64,000 bases of DNA from Malacoraja senta (lineage: Eukaryota), in the NCBI GenBank assembly GCA_038087875.1, contig CM075993.1:7814001-7878000 (forward strand), in the 5' to 3' direction. Both the position numbers and the translations under genes were made by a program. Below, piece after piece: positions 62,179 to 64,000 of the stretch. The notes beneath the pieces were generated by a model that was given only the letters and a program-made list of their open reading frames with translations, was not told where the DNA came from and searched no databases. How positions within the stretch are numbered: position 1 is the stretch's first letter; each line of letters opens with the position of its first letter.

Positions 62179-63037
62179 TTTAGTGAAAAGTTGTATTTGC
62201 GCGAAGAGTCAGGCCAAATGGAGTAGAAGCCCACTGGAGTCCCAGACAGGCCCAGAAGGGACAAATTATTGACCTATTTTCAGTGATAAGGCCATTGTGA
62301 ACTCATTGTGCCCATTCCAATTTCACAGAGTTGCGCATTAATTCTGAGAGTTGCACCAGAAAGAATGTACACGGATAAAGGCAGACAGACCGTCTTGGTG
62401 TGAAGCGGAGCTGTGAATGCCTTGCTGGTCTATATTTAATTTGAAACATCTTCAAGCTGTCCAAAATGTGCAATAGTGCAGATTGTCCTGAAGGAAAAGA
62501 TGGCAATGCCAAATAAAATGAGTGCAAGGTTGTTTTAAAACTGAACTTCTTTACTCAAGTGGTAAATTTGGAACGCATGGGATTGAAAATAAAAGTACTT
62601 TAATATCTTAAGAATTGGGTCAGGTGCTATACTGGAAGATAAAAGCCAGCCACGGGATGACATATGAATGCTGACACATCGTCTTGTGGTATTGATCAGT
62701 TCGGAGGCCGGTCTTGGTTGGACCATTACATGGACACCTCACTTGTGGTCCACGACAGCAAGTTTCAATTCCTGTTGCACACCAGTTGTAGGCACGGATC
62801 ACTGTGGGCTCCCATTGAGTTGTAGTGTTAAGATGCTGCACGGTGGAGTAACTCAACCTTTGATGCAAGTTAATGCCTTAATAGTTAAGAAAATGTGGAA
62901 GTTCAATCATAGAAGTTGTTTTCCAGTACTGACACTAACGTCAAAGCATCAATTGAATGGACTTTGCATTTCCTTTGGGGACCACTAAGATATATGTTGT
63001 GTTCTTGCTTAGTTTAATGCATGAATGAATGAAGGAA

Positions 63038-63290
63038 AGATACAGCATGGAAACAGACCTTCTGGGGACCACGCCGACTATAGACCACGAGTCCTGTGTT
63101 GTCCCACTTTCGGATCCGTTCCTTGCACACCAGGGGCAATTTAGAGGCCAATTAACCTCCAAATCCACACGTCTTTGGGATGTGGGAGAAAATCCAAAGG
63201 GAGAACGTGCAAACTCTGCACAGACAGCACCCAAGGCCAGGATTAAACCCGGGTTTCTGGTGTTGTGAGGCAGCTGCTCCACTGTGCCAC
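63038..63290 (-). mobile_element. tRNA SINE (older subfamily)
   Basis: Diverged family match. Confidence 0.7.
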
Positions 63291-63861
63291 AGAATTTAGA
63301 GTGGTGAGAATGGTCCATTATTGCTGGCTTTGTCAGGCCAGTTGGATTCCAGCTGTGATATTCATGGCGCTAACTCTACAGTGTTGCGGCACTCATGAAT
63401 TTGGTCTTGCACCATCGTATGATAGTGCTCTCATAAAATTAATTAGGATAAAGATTGGGAAAGATGATTTAGTGAGCATGCACTTTGAACAGTGTCATTG
63501 TTTGAGGTAGTGGAAGGCTGTGCAGAGTGACGTGATGGGTTGCAAGTGAACAATAATTAGTTGTCTGGTCACTCCATTCAGTGCTTGAAACCATAGCTCA
63601 GACAGTGTTTCAGTGCCTTCCCTTCCCAAAAGTTTTAAAAAATGAAGATAGACACAAAAAGCTGGAGTAACCCAGCGGGTCAGATAGAAACATCATCTAT
63701 TCCTTTTCTTCAGAGATGCTGTCTGACCCGCTGAGTTACTCCAGCTTTTTGTGTCTATATCTTTAGTGTAAAGCAGCATCTGCAATTCCTTCCTACACAG
63801 TAAAAAAACAAGAACTATAAATCAAAAGCTGGCTGTTAACCCAACGAGAGATGTGCACGAC

Positions 63862-64000
63862 AGGTTAATTCCCGGGATGGCAGGACTGTCATATGCTGAG
63901 AGAATGGAGCAGCTGGGCTTGTACACGCTGGAGTTTAGAAGGATGAGAGGATATCTCATTGAAACATATAAGATTGTTAAGGGTTTGGACACGCTAGAGG
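63862..64000 (+). mobile_element. CR1 LINE fragment running off the window end
   Basis: RLIPGMAGLSYAERMEQLGLYTLEFRRMRG. Confidence 0.85.

Noticed and set aside
284..63800. CRISPR array or bacterial REP/IS system suggested by recurring palindromes
   Set aside because: Copies are dispersed, in both orientations, with TSDs and no repeat-spacer periodicity; the context is a spliced vertebrate gene.
39238..64000. Next SNX27 exon (about 65 nt, VCS.RVIGESD-like)
   Set aside because: Not found by eye. It is too short for the ORF track, so it could have been missed; TBLASTN would settle it.

Overview
This is vertebrate genomic DNA, not prokaryotic. The repeat content (HE1/V-SINE-like tRNA SINEs, CR1/HER1-like LINE tails) points to a cartilaginous fish, probably a skate or ray. 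The only host gene recognised is a + strand sorting nexin-27 (SNX27-like) gene, present as two canonical coding exons: 35308-35539 (end of PDZ, start of PX) and 39045-39237 (PX domain). The rest appears to be intron densely filled with transposable elements: about 20 tRNA SINEs, about 15 CR1 3' fragments, Rex1/Babar and L1-like tails, Harbinger-, hAT- and Tc1/pogo-type MITEs, one full-length IR/DR Tc1 element with an open but catalytically dead (DD34V) transposase, and a 5'-truncated Penelope-like element with an intact GIY-YIG endonuclease. The most striking signal is the Penelope 3' terminal repeat. It carries a minimal hammerhead-ribozyme core (CUGAAGA-A-stem II-GAAAC-GUH) and occurs at roughly 50 loci (eye count) as short solo or fold-back palindromic insertions with 11-17 bp TSDs. 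One copy appears to have carried its 3' flank to a new site. Most ORFs in the supplied track are repeat-derived or spurious. Repeat boundaries were read by eye and are approximate unless a TSD or TIR is quoted.
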